From an uncultured Verrucomicrobiae bacterium (GTDB taxonomy: Bacteria > Verrucomicrobiota > Verrucomicrobiia > Chthoniobacterales > UBA10450), in assembly GCA_963772365.1 (NCBI GenBank), contig CAVYXA010000001.1, forward strand, positions 960,001 to 1,024,000: a stretch of DNA of 64,000 bases, in the 5' to 3' direction. The notes under the pieces were generated by a model. It saw only the letters and a list, made by a program, of their open reading frames with translations, was not told the DNA's origin and searched no databases. Below are positions 20,652 through 31,482 of the stretch, piece after piece. The number at the start of each line of letters is the position of its first letter. Position 1 is the stretch's first letter. The position numbers and the translations under genes were made by a program.

Positions 20652-22927
20652 ATGGCTTTCGAGCTGGAATCGAATTACAAACCGCGCGGTGATCAGGGCC
20701 AGGCGATTGCAAAGCTGATCAAGTCAGTGGAGGCGGGGAATCGGCATCAGACGTTGCTCGGCGTTACCGGTTCGGGGAAAACGTTTACGATCGCCAATGT
20801 CATTCGGGAAATCGAGCGGCCCACGCTGGTCATTTCGCATAATAAGACGCTGGCGGCGCAGCTTTACTCGGAGTTCAAACAATTTTTCCGCACAAAACGC
20901 GTCGAATATTTCGTCAGTTACTTCGATTATTATCAGCCGGAAGCTTACATTCCGCGCTCAGATACCTACATCGAGAAAGATTCGTCCATTAACGAAGAGA
21001 TCGAGCGGTTACGGCTTTCCACGGCGAGCGCGTTGCTTTCCCGGCGCGACGTGATCGTCGTAGCGAGCGTGTCGTGCATTTACGGCGTCACCTCGCCAGA
21101 GGACTACGAGCGAATGCTCCTCACCGTAAAACGCGGCCAGCAGATCAGTCGCGAAGCGGTGCTCAGCCGTTTGATCGACATGTTATACGAACGTAACGAC
21201 GTGAATTTCTCGCGCGAGGCCGATTTCGCGTCCGCGGCGACGTGGTGGAAGATTTATCCAGCTACTGCCGACGAAGAAGGAATTCGCCTGGAGTTTTTCG
21301 GGGACGAGATCGACGCCATCACTCGTTTCGATCCCCTCACCGGTCATGCCCATGAATCGCTCAGCGTCATCACATTTTTCCCGGCCAAACAATTCGTCAC
21401 CCCGGCGGACAAACTGAACCGCGCGCTTTCCTCGATCCGGAACGAACTGGAGCACCGGATTATCGAGTTCGAATCGAACAACAAGCTATTGGAATCGCAA
21501 CGACTCCGAATGCGCACCGAATACGATCTGGAAATGTTGCAGGAGATGGGATTCTGCAACGGAATCGAGAATTATTCGCGCCATCTCTCCGGCCGCGCCC
21601 CCGGGTCAAAGCCCTACACCATCATCGATTTTTTCCCGAAAGATTTTCTGGTCGCGGTTGATGAATCGCACGCCACGATTCCGCAAATCGGCGGGATGTA
21701 CGAAGGGGACCGCTCGCGCAAAACTGTCTTGGTCGAATATGGCTTTCGATCTGCCGAGCGCGCTCGACAATCGCCCGCTCAATTTCGACGAGTTCATGAA
21801 GATGACTAATCAGATCATTTACGTCAGCGCAACTCCAGCCGAGTTCGAGATTCAAAACAGCATAGTCGGCAATGCGAAATATTTCCCGCACAAACGGCAG
21901 CGGATCGGTCAGGACGAACCGGTGCCGTTATGTTACTGCCGGTGCAACCCAAAGATTGTAGGGCAAGCGCTCTACCGCTTGCAGCATACGACGGCGTTCG
22001 GCAGGCGGCGCGCCTGCAGAAACCGGATGCGAAAATTTCGCAAGACGGATGAGGCGCCGGAGAAATTCGATGCTCATACGCCCGGCGTCGCCGTTAGTGA
22101 TCGAGCAGATCATCCGACCGACCGGGCTTCTCGATCCTAAAGATCACGATCAAGCCGCTCAAACATCAGATCGACGACACCATCGAGCTGTGTCGTCAGC
22201 GAGTGGAAAAAGGCGAGCGCATCCTGATTACCACCCTCACCAAACGGACCGCCGAAGATCTCGCCGATTACTTGCGCGATGTTGGATTAAAGGTGCGCTA
22301 CTTGCATAGCGATATTGATACGATTGAGCGGGTGGAAATTCTCCGCGGTTTGCGCGCTGCCGATTTCGATATCCTGGTCGGCATCAATTTGCTCCGGGAA
22401 GGTCTCGATCTTCCCGAAGTCTCGCTCGTCTGCATTCTCGATGCGGACAAGGAAGGTTTTCTGCGCAGCCAAACGTCGCTCATTCAGACTGCCGGACGGG
22501 CTGCGCGTCACGTGAACGGCGAAGTTGTGCTTTTTGCCGATCAGGTGACCCAAAGCATGGAAGCATTGATCTCGATCTCGGAATATCGCCGCGCCAAACA
22601 AATGGAATACAACGAAAAGCACGGGATCACGCCGCAAACAGTTCGCCGAGCCGTGCAGGAAAGTCTGCACACCATTCTGCGCGGGTCGGGAGATCGCCGC
22701 GTCAGTGATCAGCGAAGTCGGCGGCGATTTCAATGTGACCGAGCTGTCTGCGCGAATTGGAAGAAGAAATGCAGCGCGCCTCCGCGAATTTGGAATTCGA
22801 GCGGGCGGCTCTTCTTCGCGATCAAATCATGGAAGTAAAAAGCGGCGCCGGCATTGCCAAAATCGAACCGAAACGCCGCCCAATAAAATACACCCGGAAA
22901 GCGGGCCGGCGCCGTTCCCGCGTTTGA
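20652..22927 (+). CDS. uvrB: Excinuclease ABC subunit B, several frameshifts
   Basis: [52 protein letters not shown] and a C-terminal UVR motif ([13 protein letters not shown]). Confidence 0.93.
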
Positions 22928-23041
22928 TTGGAACTAATCGCAGCGGCTTCGCCGATTGGTTTACAATCGCGCGCTGAGATCGCGATCCACCACCCACGCT
23001 GCCCCCAAGGCAATTATATCTGCGTTGGCTCAGTGCAACGT

Positions 23042-23396
23042 CTATCCCCACGATCGCGACGGCCACCGCCGCCGTAACCGCCACCTCCACCAACCGCCAC
23101 CACCGTAACCGCGACCGCCTCCGCCGCCGCCGCCACTTGGACCGGGACTCGCGTGGACGCGCCTCATTAACCGTTAAAGGCCGACCGTCCATAGCCTTGC
23201 CATTTAGCTGGCTGATGGCGTTCTGGGCATCCTGTTCGGAGCCCATAGTGACAAAGGCAAATCCTCGCGATTTGCCAGTGAATTTATCCTGCATGAGGGT
23301 CACTTCCTGGACCGCGCCAGCCTGTGAGAAGAGCTCCTGCAGTTCGTTTTCGGTTGTGCTGAAAGGCAGATTGCCGACGTATAATTTTGTACCCAT
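23042..23396 (-). CDS. RRM-domain RNA-binding protein with Gly-rich tail (tail frameshifted, end approximate)
   Basis: RNP2 LYVGNL, RNP1 RGFAFVTM and LTVNEARPRE. Confidence 0.9.
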
Positions 23397-23472
23397 TGAG
23401 TTTATTCTTAGAAACGCAGCAAGGTCACTGTTCCCGCTTATCGGATTTCAAATCGCCGCTGAATAAACTCAA
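23396..23472 (-). promoter_or_regulatory. 5'-UTR stem-loop over the RRM gene start
   Basis: Perfect 12-bp inverted repeat TTGAGTTTATTC (23396-23407) / GAATAAACTCAA (23461-23472) that includes the A of the ATG. Confidence 0.5.
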
Positions 23473-23575
23473 CTGACAATCCACCAACTGCCAAGCTACT
23501 GTTTCTCTGGCTGGATTTGTAAAATGCTTCACTTGAGAAAGCAACAGGAATCGCGAATGAATTTGGGGGGTTCAA

Positions 23576-24824
23576 ATGGCTAAATCTGACGCTATCGACG
23601 TGAAAAATAATCGCGTTGCCGTAGTCGCGGCTGGCGTGGTCAGCCCGCTCGGATTTGGTCTGCAGGAAACGCTCGATTCACTCCGGACCGGACGCGATTG
23701 CGTCACTCTCGTAACTCGCTTTTCCGTTGCGAACTCTCGCTGCAAAACTGCTGGCCAAATCCCGGATGAACGTTTGCTCGAGGGCAACGGAAACGGCAGA
23801 CAAACGAAACGTTTGCATCGCGCGTCGCATATGATGATTCGCGCTTTGGAGGAAGCGCTGACCCAGAATCGATTCGCTCCGGAACTCGCCGTGATCGGAA
23901 CCACCAGCGGCGGCATGTCGTATGGCGAAGATTATTACCGGGCATTACATCGACATGGATCACTGCGGCATTCGCCGTCCTGGATCGCAAACTATCCGGG
24001 ACAAAAACCAGTCATCGACGCGCTCGAAGCTTTCGAGATTTCCGCGCCGTGTCAGGTAATCGCAAATGCGTGCGCTTCCGGCACAAACGCAATCGGTCAT
24101 GCTTTCGAGTCCATTCGTTCCGGTCGATATGAACGCATTCTGGCCGGCGGTTACGATGCAATCTCGGAGCTCGTTTTTGCCGGATTCGATTCGCTTCAAG
24201 CGGCGACACCGGAAAAATGCCGGCCGTTCGATCGCGCACGCACCGGCATGGTTCTGGGCGAAGGAGCGGCCGTTCTCGCTCTGGAAAATTTTGACACAGC
24301 GATTTCGCGCGGTGCGCCGATCCTGGCGGAAATAACCGGCTACGGGATTTCGACGGATAACTACCACATGACGCAACCCAATCCCTCCGGCAGCGGACCG
24401 CTTCAGGCGATGGAGCAGGCGCTACAAAGTGCGAGGATTTCCGCCGATGCGATTGATTACATCAACGCCCATGGCACCGCCACGATCTTCAACGACGCAA
24501 CCGAAGGCAAGGCCATCTCACAACTGTTCGGGCGCGTCCCAGTCAGCTCGACCAAGAGCATGATGGGTCATTCGTCTGGGCGCGGCCGGCGCGATCGAAG
24601 CAATTTTTTGTCTTCTCGCTTTGCAGCACCAGTTTCTCCCGCCAAATACCAATTTCCAATCGCCCGATGAGAATGTCGATCTTGATATTGTGGCAAACCA
24701 AAGCCGGCCCTCATCGTTCCGCACGGCGCTTTCAAACTCATTCGGGTTCGGCGGCACGAATGCTTCCATCGTGATACAGAAATCCAGCCTTCGCCAAGGC
24801 TACGGCGGACAAGGTTCGGCATGA
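23576..24824 (+). CDS. fabF: Beta-ketoacyl-ACP synthase (FabF-like), frameshift near 24575
   Basis: ANACASG, INAHGTAT and STKSMMGH; SNSFGFGGTNA in the shifted frame. Confidence 0.85.
24786..24814 (+). repeat. REP-like hairpin (CCTTCGCCAAGGCTACGGCGG) forming the fabF 3' end
   Basis: An inverted relative CTTGCCCGCCGTAGCCCTGGCGAAGGCGGG lies at 31802-31831. Confidence 0.75.
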
Positions 24825-25951
24825 GTCTGGGAATTGCCGGCATGGGCTGGGTCACCCCGCAGGGCAGTGGTATCGATCCTGTCTGGCAACATTTGCTCGA
24901 AGGTCACGAAGCGACTCCCGAACAGGTCGCCGATCAGTTTGGCGATCATACCTACAGCGTTTTCAAAGTGCCGCAGACAGCGCTGACCAATCTGCCTGCA
25001 CATCCGCGATTGCGCCGAGTCAGTCCAATTTCACGATTCGCCGTAGCCGCCGGATTACAAGCCCTGGAGAACGCGGGGCTGAAACTTGATTCCGAAACGG
25101 CGAAACGCATCGCGCTCGTCTTCGCCATCTCGAACGGCGGTGTAATTTACACCAAGCGTTTTTATCAGGACATCGTCGAATCCGGCGCGCAAGCCGCCAG
25201 CCCGCTTCTTTTTCCCGAGACGGTATTCAACGCGCCGGCCAGTCATCTCGCCGCGATTCTCGGGATCACCGGTGCGACCTACACGTTGATCGGCGACGGC
25301 GCAGTTGGCCTTTTGGCAATCGGAATGGCCGAAGATCTGATGACCAATCACGATCTCGACTACTGCCTTGTCGTCGGCACCGAAGAAATTGATTGGCTGC
25401 TGTGCGATGCCTATCGCAAATGGCGGTTGCTCCGGTTACAGCCACCGATCGAGCCGTTTCGCAATGTTTCCCGCGGGACGATCCTGAGCGAAGGCGGCGG
25501 CGCAATTCTTCTCAGTCGCGACGCCCCAATCCAGATCGAGAAAACCAATCCGGGCGGCTACTATCGGAAACGCTCGGAAGCGGAAAAAGTTCTGAACCGG
25601 GTCCTGACCGATCTCGCTGATGGCAAGATCGACATCGCAATTGGCAGCGCCAACGGCACGTTCATCGACAAAGCGGAGAGCGCCGCATTTTCTCGAACAA
25701 TTCCAGACGCCGTCATTTACACCGCGAAACCCGCCATGGGCGAAAGCGTAGGCGCATCCGGATTATGGCAAGTCATCATCGCAGCCAAAGCTTTGCTGGA
25801 AGCCAGACTACCTCCCCTGCTCCACTGCGCTTCGAATCTTCCCATGTCGATTTCGGGAATGACCACCAAACTTTCCACTCCGGCCAAAGCAATCGTCGCA
25901 ACCTGCGGCATGAACGAACAAATCGCGGGCTTGCGTCTCGGGAAAATCTAA
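24821..25951 (+). CDS. Ketosynthase-like / chain-length-factor-like protein lacking the catalytic Cys
   Basis: SPLLFPETVFNAPASH and SEGGGAILL; GDGAVG stands where ACxS is expected; 4-nt overlap with fabF. Confidence 0.8.
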   Translation: MSLGIAGMGWVTPQGSGIDPVWQHLLEGHEATPEQVADQFGDHTYSVFKVPQTALTNLPAHPRLRRVSPISRFAVAAGLQALENAGLKLDSETAKRIALVFAISNGGVIYTKRFYQDIVESGAQAASPLLFPETVFNAPASHLAAILGITGATYTLIGDGAVGLLAIGMAEDLMTNHDLDYCLVVGTEEIDWLLCDAYRKWRLLRLQPPIEPFRNVSRGTILSEGGGAILLSRDAPIQIEKTNPGGYYRKRSEAEKVLNRVLTDLADGKIDIAIGSANGTFIDKAESAAFSRTIPDAVIYTAKPAMGESVGASGLWQVIIAAKALLEARLPPLLHCASNLPMSISGMTTKLSTPAKAIVATCGMNEQIAGLRLGKI

Positions 25952-25965
25952 GCCGCTCCCAAAAA

Positions 25966-26949
25966 TCACTTCCGCGAATCCTGTACGATCTGGTCCAGCC
26001 GGTAGCCGTCGATGTCCGTGTTGACCTGAATCCAGATCGGCAAATGATCGGACATTTGATAGGTGAATTTCTCCCGGCTGTAATTCTTGCCGGGAAAAAG
26101 GGCGTTAATGCTCGCGTTGTTGATGAAAAAATCGAGCGCGCCGCCGTTGTTGGTGAAGTTGTCCGGCATCGTGGCGCGATGGAGAATCTGGTCGTAGCGG
26201 GCGTTAAAACCGAGGTTCGAACCTTTGATGAGCCGGTCGCCGACCTTTAGCTGCACGAGCGGCCGCGGGATTTTCAGTTTATAACTGAGCAAGACGTCGA
26301 AGACCGGGTCGGTGATGTTCGGAGTATTGAAGTCGCCCATGAGAAGGAGATCATGGTCCTCGGCGAACTTGTTTTTAAAACGCGTATCGATCCACTCAGC
26401 AAGCAACTCGAGCTCAGCCACGCGGGCCTCGATGCTATCGCCCCATCGAATATGGGTCGCGATGACAATGAAATCGAAGTTGCCGGCGCGAAAGGAACAC
26501 ATGTACGGCGCACGCCAGAAGGATTGAGTGGCGAGATATTCCCTGGCAGCTTTGGCGCGGGGAGCGTCGATCTCGGCGGCGAGTCCGTTATGAATAACGG
26601 CGCGGCGATCGAACAGAAAGGCGATTCGTTCCTTGTTCCCGCCGCTGTCCGCAATCCAATCGGAGAAAACGACGCGCCACTCCGGCCCGAGATATTCCAG
26701 AACGCGGCCGAGGTCGGTGAGATCGTCGCGCAGCTCGACCATGGCGATTACATCGAATTGTCCCAGGATTTCCGCGATGTAATGAATGGCCGGCTCGGTT
26801 CGATGGACCCGGCCGAATTCACGAATGTTCCAGACCGCGACGTTGATCGATTCATCCAGTTTGGAAGGCGGAATCTTCGCAGCCTTGATCCGGTCGCGCA
26901 GAACAAGGAGCCCAGCCGCGATTTCGGGAGTAACGTCGCCGTGGTGCAT
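25966..26949 (-). CDS. Endonuclease/exonuclease/phosphatase (DNase I-like) protein
   Basis: WNIREFG, FDVIAMVE, MGDFN, YDQI and SDHLPIW motifs. Confidence 0.9.
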   Translation of the reverse strand: MHHGDVTPEIAAGLLVLRDRIKAAKIPPSKLDESINVAVWNIREFGRVHRTEPAIHYIAEILGQFDVIAMVELRDDLTDLGRVLEYLGPEWRVVFSDWIADSGGNKERIAFLFDRRAVIHNGLAAEIDAPRAKAAREYLATQSFWRAPYMCSFRAGNFDFIVIATHIRWGDSIEARVAELELLAEWIDTRFKNKFAEDHDLLLMGDFNTPNITDPVFDVLLSYKLKIPRPLVQLKVGDRLIKGSNLGFNARYDQILHRATMPDNFTNNGGALDFFINNASINALFPGKNYSREKFTYQMSDHLPIWIQVNTDIDGYRLDQIVQDSRK

Positions 26950-27016
26950 GCCTCGACGCAGGTTAAATCAAATCAGCGAGAATATGGCAAGCGGGCTCTG
27001 TGGGACTGCCTTATGG

Positions 27017-27450
27017 GTCGCGCTTGATAAGTCGTCATAGGTGAAACTTCGAAATCGCTCACTTTCCTTTCTCTGAAAACGATTCGCCCCGAATTTGTCG
27101 GGGTTGAAACGCTCGGATTCGACTCGATCGAAACGCCTGTAGCGTCGGCTGTCCCCAGCCGATTTCTTCATCCCTTCCGCTGAGACAGCGGACTCTACAA
27201 CGCACCGAGACTTTGAGTGTGTCTAGGGAAGCCGGGCAGTTCGAGCAGGTAAATGAACGTTGTCGCGCTTGATTAGTTCTTCGTAGCTGGAACTTCGAAA
27301 TCGCTCACTTTCCTTTCTCTCTGAAAACGATTCGCCCCGGATTTGTCGGGGTTGAAACGCTTGGATTCGACTCGATCGAAACGGCTGTAGCGTCGGCTGT
27401 CCCCAGCCGATTTCTCTTCCCTTCCGCTGAGACAGCGGACTCTACAACGC
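27017..27450. repeat. Two ~188-bp direct repeats (27017-27203, 27262-27450), each containing hairpins and a GTAG-type palindrome
   Basis: Near-identical AACTTCGAAATCGCTCACTTTCC...TGTAGCGTCGGCTGTCCCCAGCCGA...CGCTGAGACAGCGGACTCTACAACGC in both copies. Confidence 0.92.
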
Positions 27451-27663
27451 CCTGCGGACGTCCGAACCAACAACTGACGAAGTCGTCTGATCGGACAGAA
27501 TGGAGCGTGCTGGGTAGCCGCGACATGGATGGGAGAACCCGAGAGGGTGAGCCGGCGGGCAACCGGCGAATCAATGCTGATGTCGGGTTGCTTAAGTCCC
27601 GCGGCTTGGAAAACGTCGATGATCTCACCTTCGGGCGCGATCGCCTTTGACCCGGCGGCCGTT

Positions 27664-30600
27664 TCAATGATGCGCGTTCCAAATTTGGCACAAGCCTGCC
27701 GCCCATTCTTTCAGAGCCGCGCGTGCCTGCTCGACATCTTCAAGCGGCTGCTCCTGATGCGCGACGTATGTGTTTCGGAAGCCGTTGATCTTCTCAATTT
27801 TTTTCACGAATTCTTTGGAAGCAATTGGCGCGAAGTGCGTCTTCAGCGACTCGAAAATTCCGCCGAACGACGGACGGGACGACTTTGCATAAGCAAGAGA
27901 CCAGCGCAAAACACCAATGGGCATAGTCCCTTTTCGATCGACAATTGTTCCTTTGAGGTTACGTGCGTTCCACTTAACCGTATCTCCTTCTTTCGTGGGA
28001 AGCGACGAGATATCTGGCGTAAAGAATTGTTCCAATTGCTCAGGATTTTCCGGAACGTCTGGCCCGAGAAGATCAATCATTAGCCCGCGAGCTGCCTCAT
28101 CCAGTGCGCCGAGCAATGCAGTAAAAGGAGGAGCGAAAGACACGCCTGTTTTTCGTTCGAGATGACGGAACAGACTAACAGCCTGCTCCATGCCTTTTTG
28201 ATATCGTGGCGGAAGTGCTGCGAAGCATTCCGCGCTGATAAACTCGTTTAGATTTACGTCGGCGACACTGGCTTCACCAAGCGCCAATGTGAATTGTGGG
28301 TCGACGCGCTCTGAGAGCAGGTCCGTCAGATGCGTAGCGCAGACAGTTTGTAGCTCACCTAATGCATCGCCAGAGAATCTTTGGAAAACGCCTTCAGGAA
28401 CGTAAAGAAATTTCCAAGGCGTTTTCTTGGACGTTGCTTTGCACCACGCGACCGCCGCTCCAACTTTCAGCGGTACATCTTTATCAACACGCCCTTTGGT
28501 CTCGACCAGTAAGTATTGACCATCTGTTGTGCGTACCAAGAAATCAGGCGTGTAGAACGCGAGACGGCTCGCATCTGTGACGTAGTCTAGCCGCAACGCT
28601 TGGGGGCCAGCATTCTTGCAGAACGCAGCGACATCTGTTGCCTTGTCGAGAAAGTTCGCCATCGCGACTTCGAGTTCACGATTGCATGGCACTAAGTTGA
28701 ACAGTGTTCGTTTGGCTGGAATCGCCGGCTGATTTTGGGAATGTGTAACCTGAAATGGTTTCCAGTTACTAACTCTCGCGGGTTCGCGCTGCGGCAGGCG
28801 CTTACCTTCGATCGTTGTTCGCTTCTGAATTAGAGGAACGAACGTCGCGCGGACGTATTCCCTGACATCTTGTGCCGAGAGCCGCGATAACAAACGCGGG
28901 TCAAACAAATCGAGCTTCTCTGCAAAGAGCATCTCGGTCAGAAACGTTTCGAGTAGAGGAGCGAGAATGGGATGCGTCCCTTTCACGCCCGTCATCGTTT
29001 CGAGTTCATCGCGAAAGAATGCAATAGCTCCAACAGGATTCTGTAACAGCGGAAGCTTAATCTCCATTTGCTCGACGATTTCGTTCGTAAACAAATGACG
29101 GCCTTCGTATCTGATTTCCTCGGTTCGCGGCTCGCCTAGCTTTAGCGGCGGGTATCGCGAAAAGGCCTTGCGAACATCGTCAATTGTTAAGTCGAGTTTC
29201 GGGACACGCAGGAATCCAGCTGTGAGACTCGGTAATTCTAAATCGAGCGAAGCAGGATCCTTCTTTTCCTTGTCGACGTAAATCGTGACGGTGGTCGTCG
29301 GAACGTCATCGACTTCCGCTTCTTCGATTTGTAATCCCTCTTGGCTGAGTTGCTCGCGATAAAGACTCGCAAATGCCGGATGCTCCACGACGGTCACAAC
29401 TTCCGCGACGGCGACATTGCTTCCCGGAGGCGTCATGCGGCGAAGACCACGCCCCAATGTTTGCTCCGGCAAAATATTTGCCTTCGACGTATAAGGCCGA
29501 AGCGGAACGATGGTGGTTACGTTCCGAACGTCCCAACCTTCGCGAAGCATCAGCACCGAAACGATGCATGCGTATGGGTTATCGCCAGAGTCGATCTTGC
29601 GGGACAATTCACGAAGTGCTTTTAGATCATCATCGCTGATGTCTTTTTCATCGGGCTCGAAGACCGTATATCCGCGCTGCTTGGTCGCCTTCTTGTCCAT
29701 CTTCACCTTCAAGTTCGTATGCAAATTTACTGTCTTTCCATTGAGCTCGGAAAACAGCCCAGCGTCGGCATTCAAGCGATGAGCAATTTCATCGGCGGCC
29801 TTGGTATCCTCCGTCATCACAAACAAGAGCGGTTTCTTTCCGCTTTTCTGCCATTCCTCTTTCGATTTCAGCCATCGTTTGTAACCGATGATTAATTGCT
29901 CCTGAAAGCGATCTGACGCATCCGTGGCAGCCCGCGGCTCCCATTTTCTTCCTCTCCCGATGACAGGCGTCTTTACGATTCCGCCGTCCACTGCCTCACC
30001 AAGAGGAGTGTCGCACACGACATGTTGAAAGATGCGTCCGCTGTTATCTTTTGGCGTGGCCGAGAAATCCAGTTGGGCGACGAGTCCTTCGCCTCGTTTC
30101 GCGGCGATCGTTTCATGCAGATATGCGATCGCGTCATTCGCCGCCGAACCTGGATCCCATAAGTGATGTGCTTCGTCATTCATCACCATCACGCGATCAT
30201 GCTCGGTGATGCGCTTGCGCAATTCTGCGCCCGTATCGAGCGCCTTCGCTCGCGATACTGCTGGCCCGACCCAATTGTACGTTTCCGTTTCCTTTTTCCG
30301 GCGCTCACTCGTGTCGTACAGCCGGTGGATGTTCGTTAAATAAAGTGTCCCGCCCGTCGCTGCACCAGTGGCCTCATCTTGTAAGACGACAGACAAATTC
30401 CAATCGCCGCGCCATGCCACTGGAATGAGAGGATCGTTGTCGAAAATGTCTTTGCCTCCTTGCGCCGGCTTGAAATCCATTTTCAGCCGCTCAAAGACAG
30501 TGAGGTTCGGCGCGATGACGACAAAATGTTTTGCCATCGATGAATCGCTCTCGCGTAGCGCGTGAAAGTAACTCCACACCATGGCGAGACTCATCACTTT

Positions 30601-31080
30601 TGTTTTGCCCGCTCCGGTTGCGACCTTGAATGCGTACTTGGGCCATCGATCCTGGTCGGGATTCACTCCAAGTGCTGCCGTCTCGGCGTCTTCGCCGGTG
30701 AATTCCGCTACAACGCCAGATAAAGAAGTAATCGCGCGTACTTCGTAGATGTAGATCAAGGTCTCTATCGCTTCGCGCTGGCAGAAATAATACCTGAACG
30801 GAACCTGCTGATCGCCGACTTGAGTCAGATGCCCCTGTTGAAACCAATGATGGAGCAATTCGCGTGTCGTATCGGACGCTCCCGGATAATCATTGTCTCG
30901 CCAAGCTTTGAGGAGCGGCCGCAAATTTTGGGCAATCGCGATCGGTGTTCTGCGTCGGCCAGTGACTACCCGGGCCGGTTGCCCTTCTGCTTCCGCGCGG
31001 ACGCGATGTCGGTTTGGCTCTTCGTGCGGCGCGAATAGCGGTTCCAGGGCCGAGATGTTGACGTATGGTTCTTCGTTCAC
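27664..31080 (-). CDS. res: Type III restriction enzyme Res subunit with a C-terminal extension
   Basis: ATGAGKT, NDEAHH, FSATP, LREGWDV, EQTLGRGLR and the PD-(D/E)xK motif YTPDFLV...VETKG; about 200 extra C-terminal residues. Confidence 0.9.
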   Translation of the reverse strand: MNEEPYVNISALEPLFAPHEEPNRHRVRAEAEGQPARVVTGRRRTPIAIAQNLRPLLKAWRDNDYPGASDTTRELLHHWFQQGHLTQVGDQQVPFRYYFCQREAIETLIYIYEVRAITSLSGVVAEFTGEDAETAALGVNPDQDRWPKYAFKVATGAGKTKVMSLAMVWSYFHALRESDSSMAKHFVVIAPNLTVFERLKMDFKPAQGGKDIFDNDPLIPVAWRGDWNLSVVLQDEATGAATGGTLYLTNIHRLYDTSERRKKETETYNWVGPAVSRAKALDTGAELRKRITEHDRVMVMNDEAHHLWDPGSAANDAIAYLHETIAAKRGEGLVAQLDFSATPKDNSGRIFQHVVCDTPLGEAVDGGIVKTPVIGRGRKWEPRAATDASDRFQEQLIIGYKRWLKSKEEWQKSGKKPLLFVMTEDTKAADEIAHRLNADAGLFSELNGKTVNLHTNLKVKMDKKATKQRGYTVFEPDEKDISDDDLKALRELSRKIDSGDNPYACIVSVLMLREGWDVRNVTTIVPLRPYTSKANILPEQTLGRGLRRMTPPGSNVAVAEVVTVVEHPAFASLYREQLSQEGLQIEEAEVDDVPTTTVTIYVDKEKKDPASLDLELPSLTAGFLRVPKLDLTIDDVRKAFSRYPPLKLGEPRTEEIRYEGRHLFTNEIVEQMEIKLPLLQNPVGAIAFFRDELETMTGVKGTHPILAPLLETFLTEMLFAEKLDLFDPRLLSRLSAQDVREYVRATFVPLIQKRTTIEGKRLPQREPARVSNWKPFQVTHSQNQPAIPAKRTLFNLVPCNRELEVAMANFLDKATDVAAFCKNAGPQALRLDYVTDASRLAFYTPDFLVRTTDGQYLLVETKGRVDKDVPLKVGAAVAWCKATSKKTPWKFLYVPEGVFQRFSGDALGELQTVCATHLTDLLSERVDPQFTLALGEASVADVNLNEFISAECFAALPPRYQKGMEQAVSLFRHLERKTGVSFAPPFTALLGALDEAARGLMIDLLGPDVPENPEQLEQFFTPDISSLPTKEGDTVKWNARNLKGTIVDRKGTMPIGVLRWSLAYAKSSRPSFGGIFESLKTHFAPIASKEFVKKIEKINGFRNTYVAHQEQPLEDVEQARAALKEWAAGLCQIWNAHH

Positions 31081-31472
31081 GTTCGCTCGGCCGTAACCAG
31101 TTTGAGACCGGCAACATTCTCGAAATGCTTTGGATTATGCGTCACGAGCGGCAGACCGTGACGCAATGCAGTCGCAGCTATCCATGAGTCTTCCATCGAC
31201 ATCGTCCGCCCTGCCTTGCGGCAGTTGGCCGACAACTCCGCCCACGTCCAGGCTAGTCTGTCGTCGTATGGGATGGGAATATGCTCCGCGATGTAATCAA
31301 GAAAACGCTTCCGTTTTGCGTCTGAAAATGGTCGCACATAAAGCCATTGGTAAAGTTCTGCGACGGTTACGAAGGCAACGTATCGCGGTTGACCCAGCAG
31401 ATACCGTTCGTAAAGAGCCGCGCGGGTGTCCCGGCGGAAAAAGTAAGAGACGATGTTGGTGTCGAGAAGCAT
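31077..31472 (-). CDS. vapC: PIN-domain (VapC) toxin
   Basis: MLLDTNIVS, VAEL and DSWIAATALRHGLPLVTHNPKHF. Confidence 0.92.
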   Translation of the reverse strand: MLLDTNIVSYFFRRDTRAALYERYLLGQPRYVAFVTVAELYQWLYVRPFSDAKRKRFLDYIAEHIPIPYDDRLAWTWAELSANCRKAGRTMSMEDSWIAATALRHGLPLVTHNPKHFENVAGLKLVTAERT

Positions 31473-31482
31473 TGGCGACGGC

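Noticed and set aside
16400..24600. Mass pseudogenisation or programmed frameshifting in the TPR genes, uvrB, RRM gene and fabF
   Set aside because: Scattered single-base indels also hit essential or conserved genes (serS, PBP1A, paoC). Sequencing consensus error is the simpler explanation; it cannot be confirmed without reads.
27017..27450. CRISPR array or integron attC array
   Set aside because: Only two long units, no short repeat-spacer periodicity, no cas or intI gene, and no clear RYYYAAC/GTTRRRY ends.
26968..27473. Two similar 66-67-aa ORFs
   Set aside because: They are translations of the DNA direct repeat, with no coding evidence.
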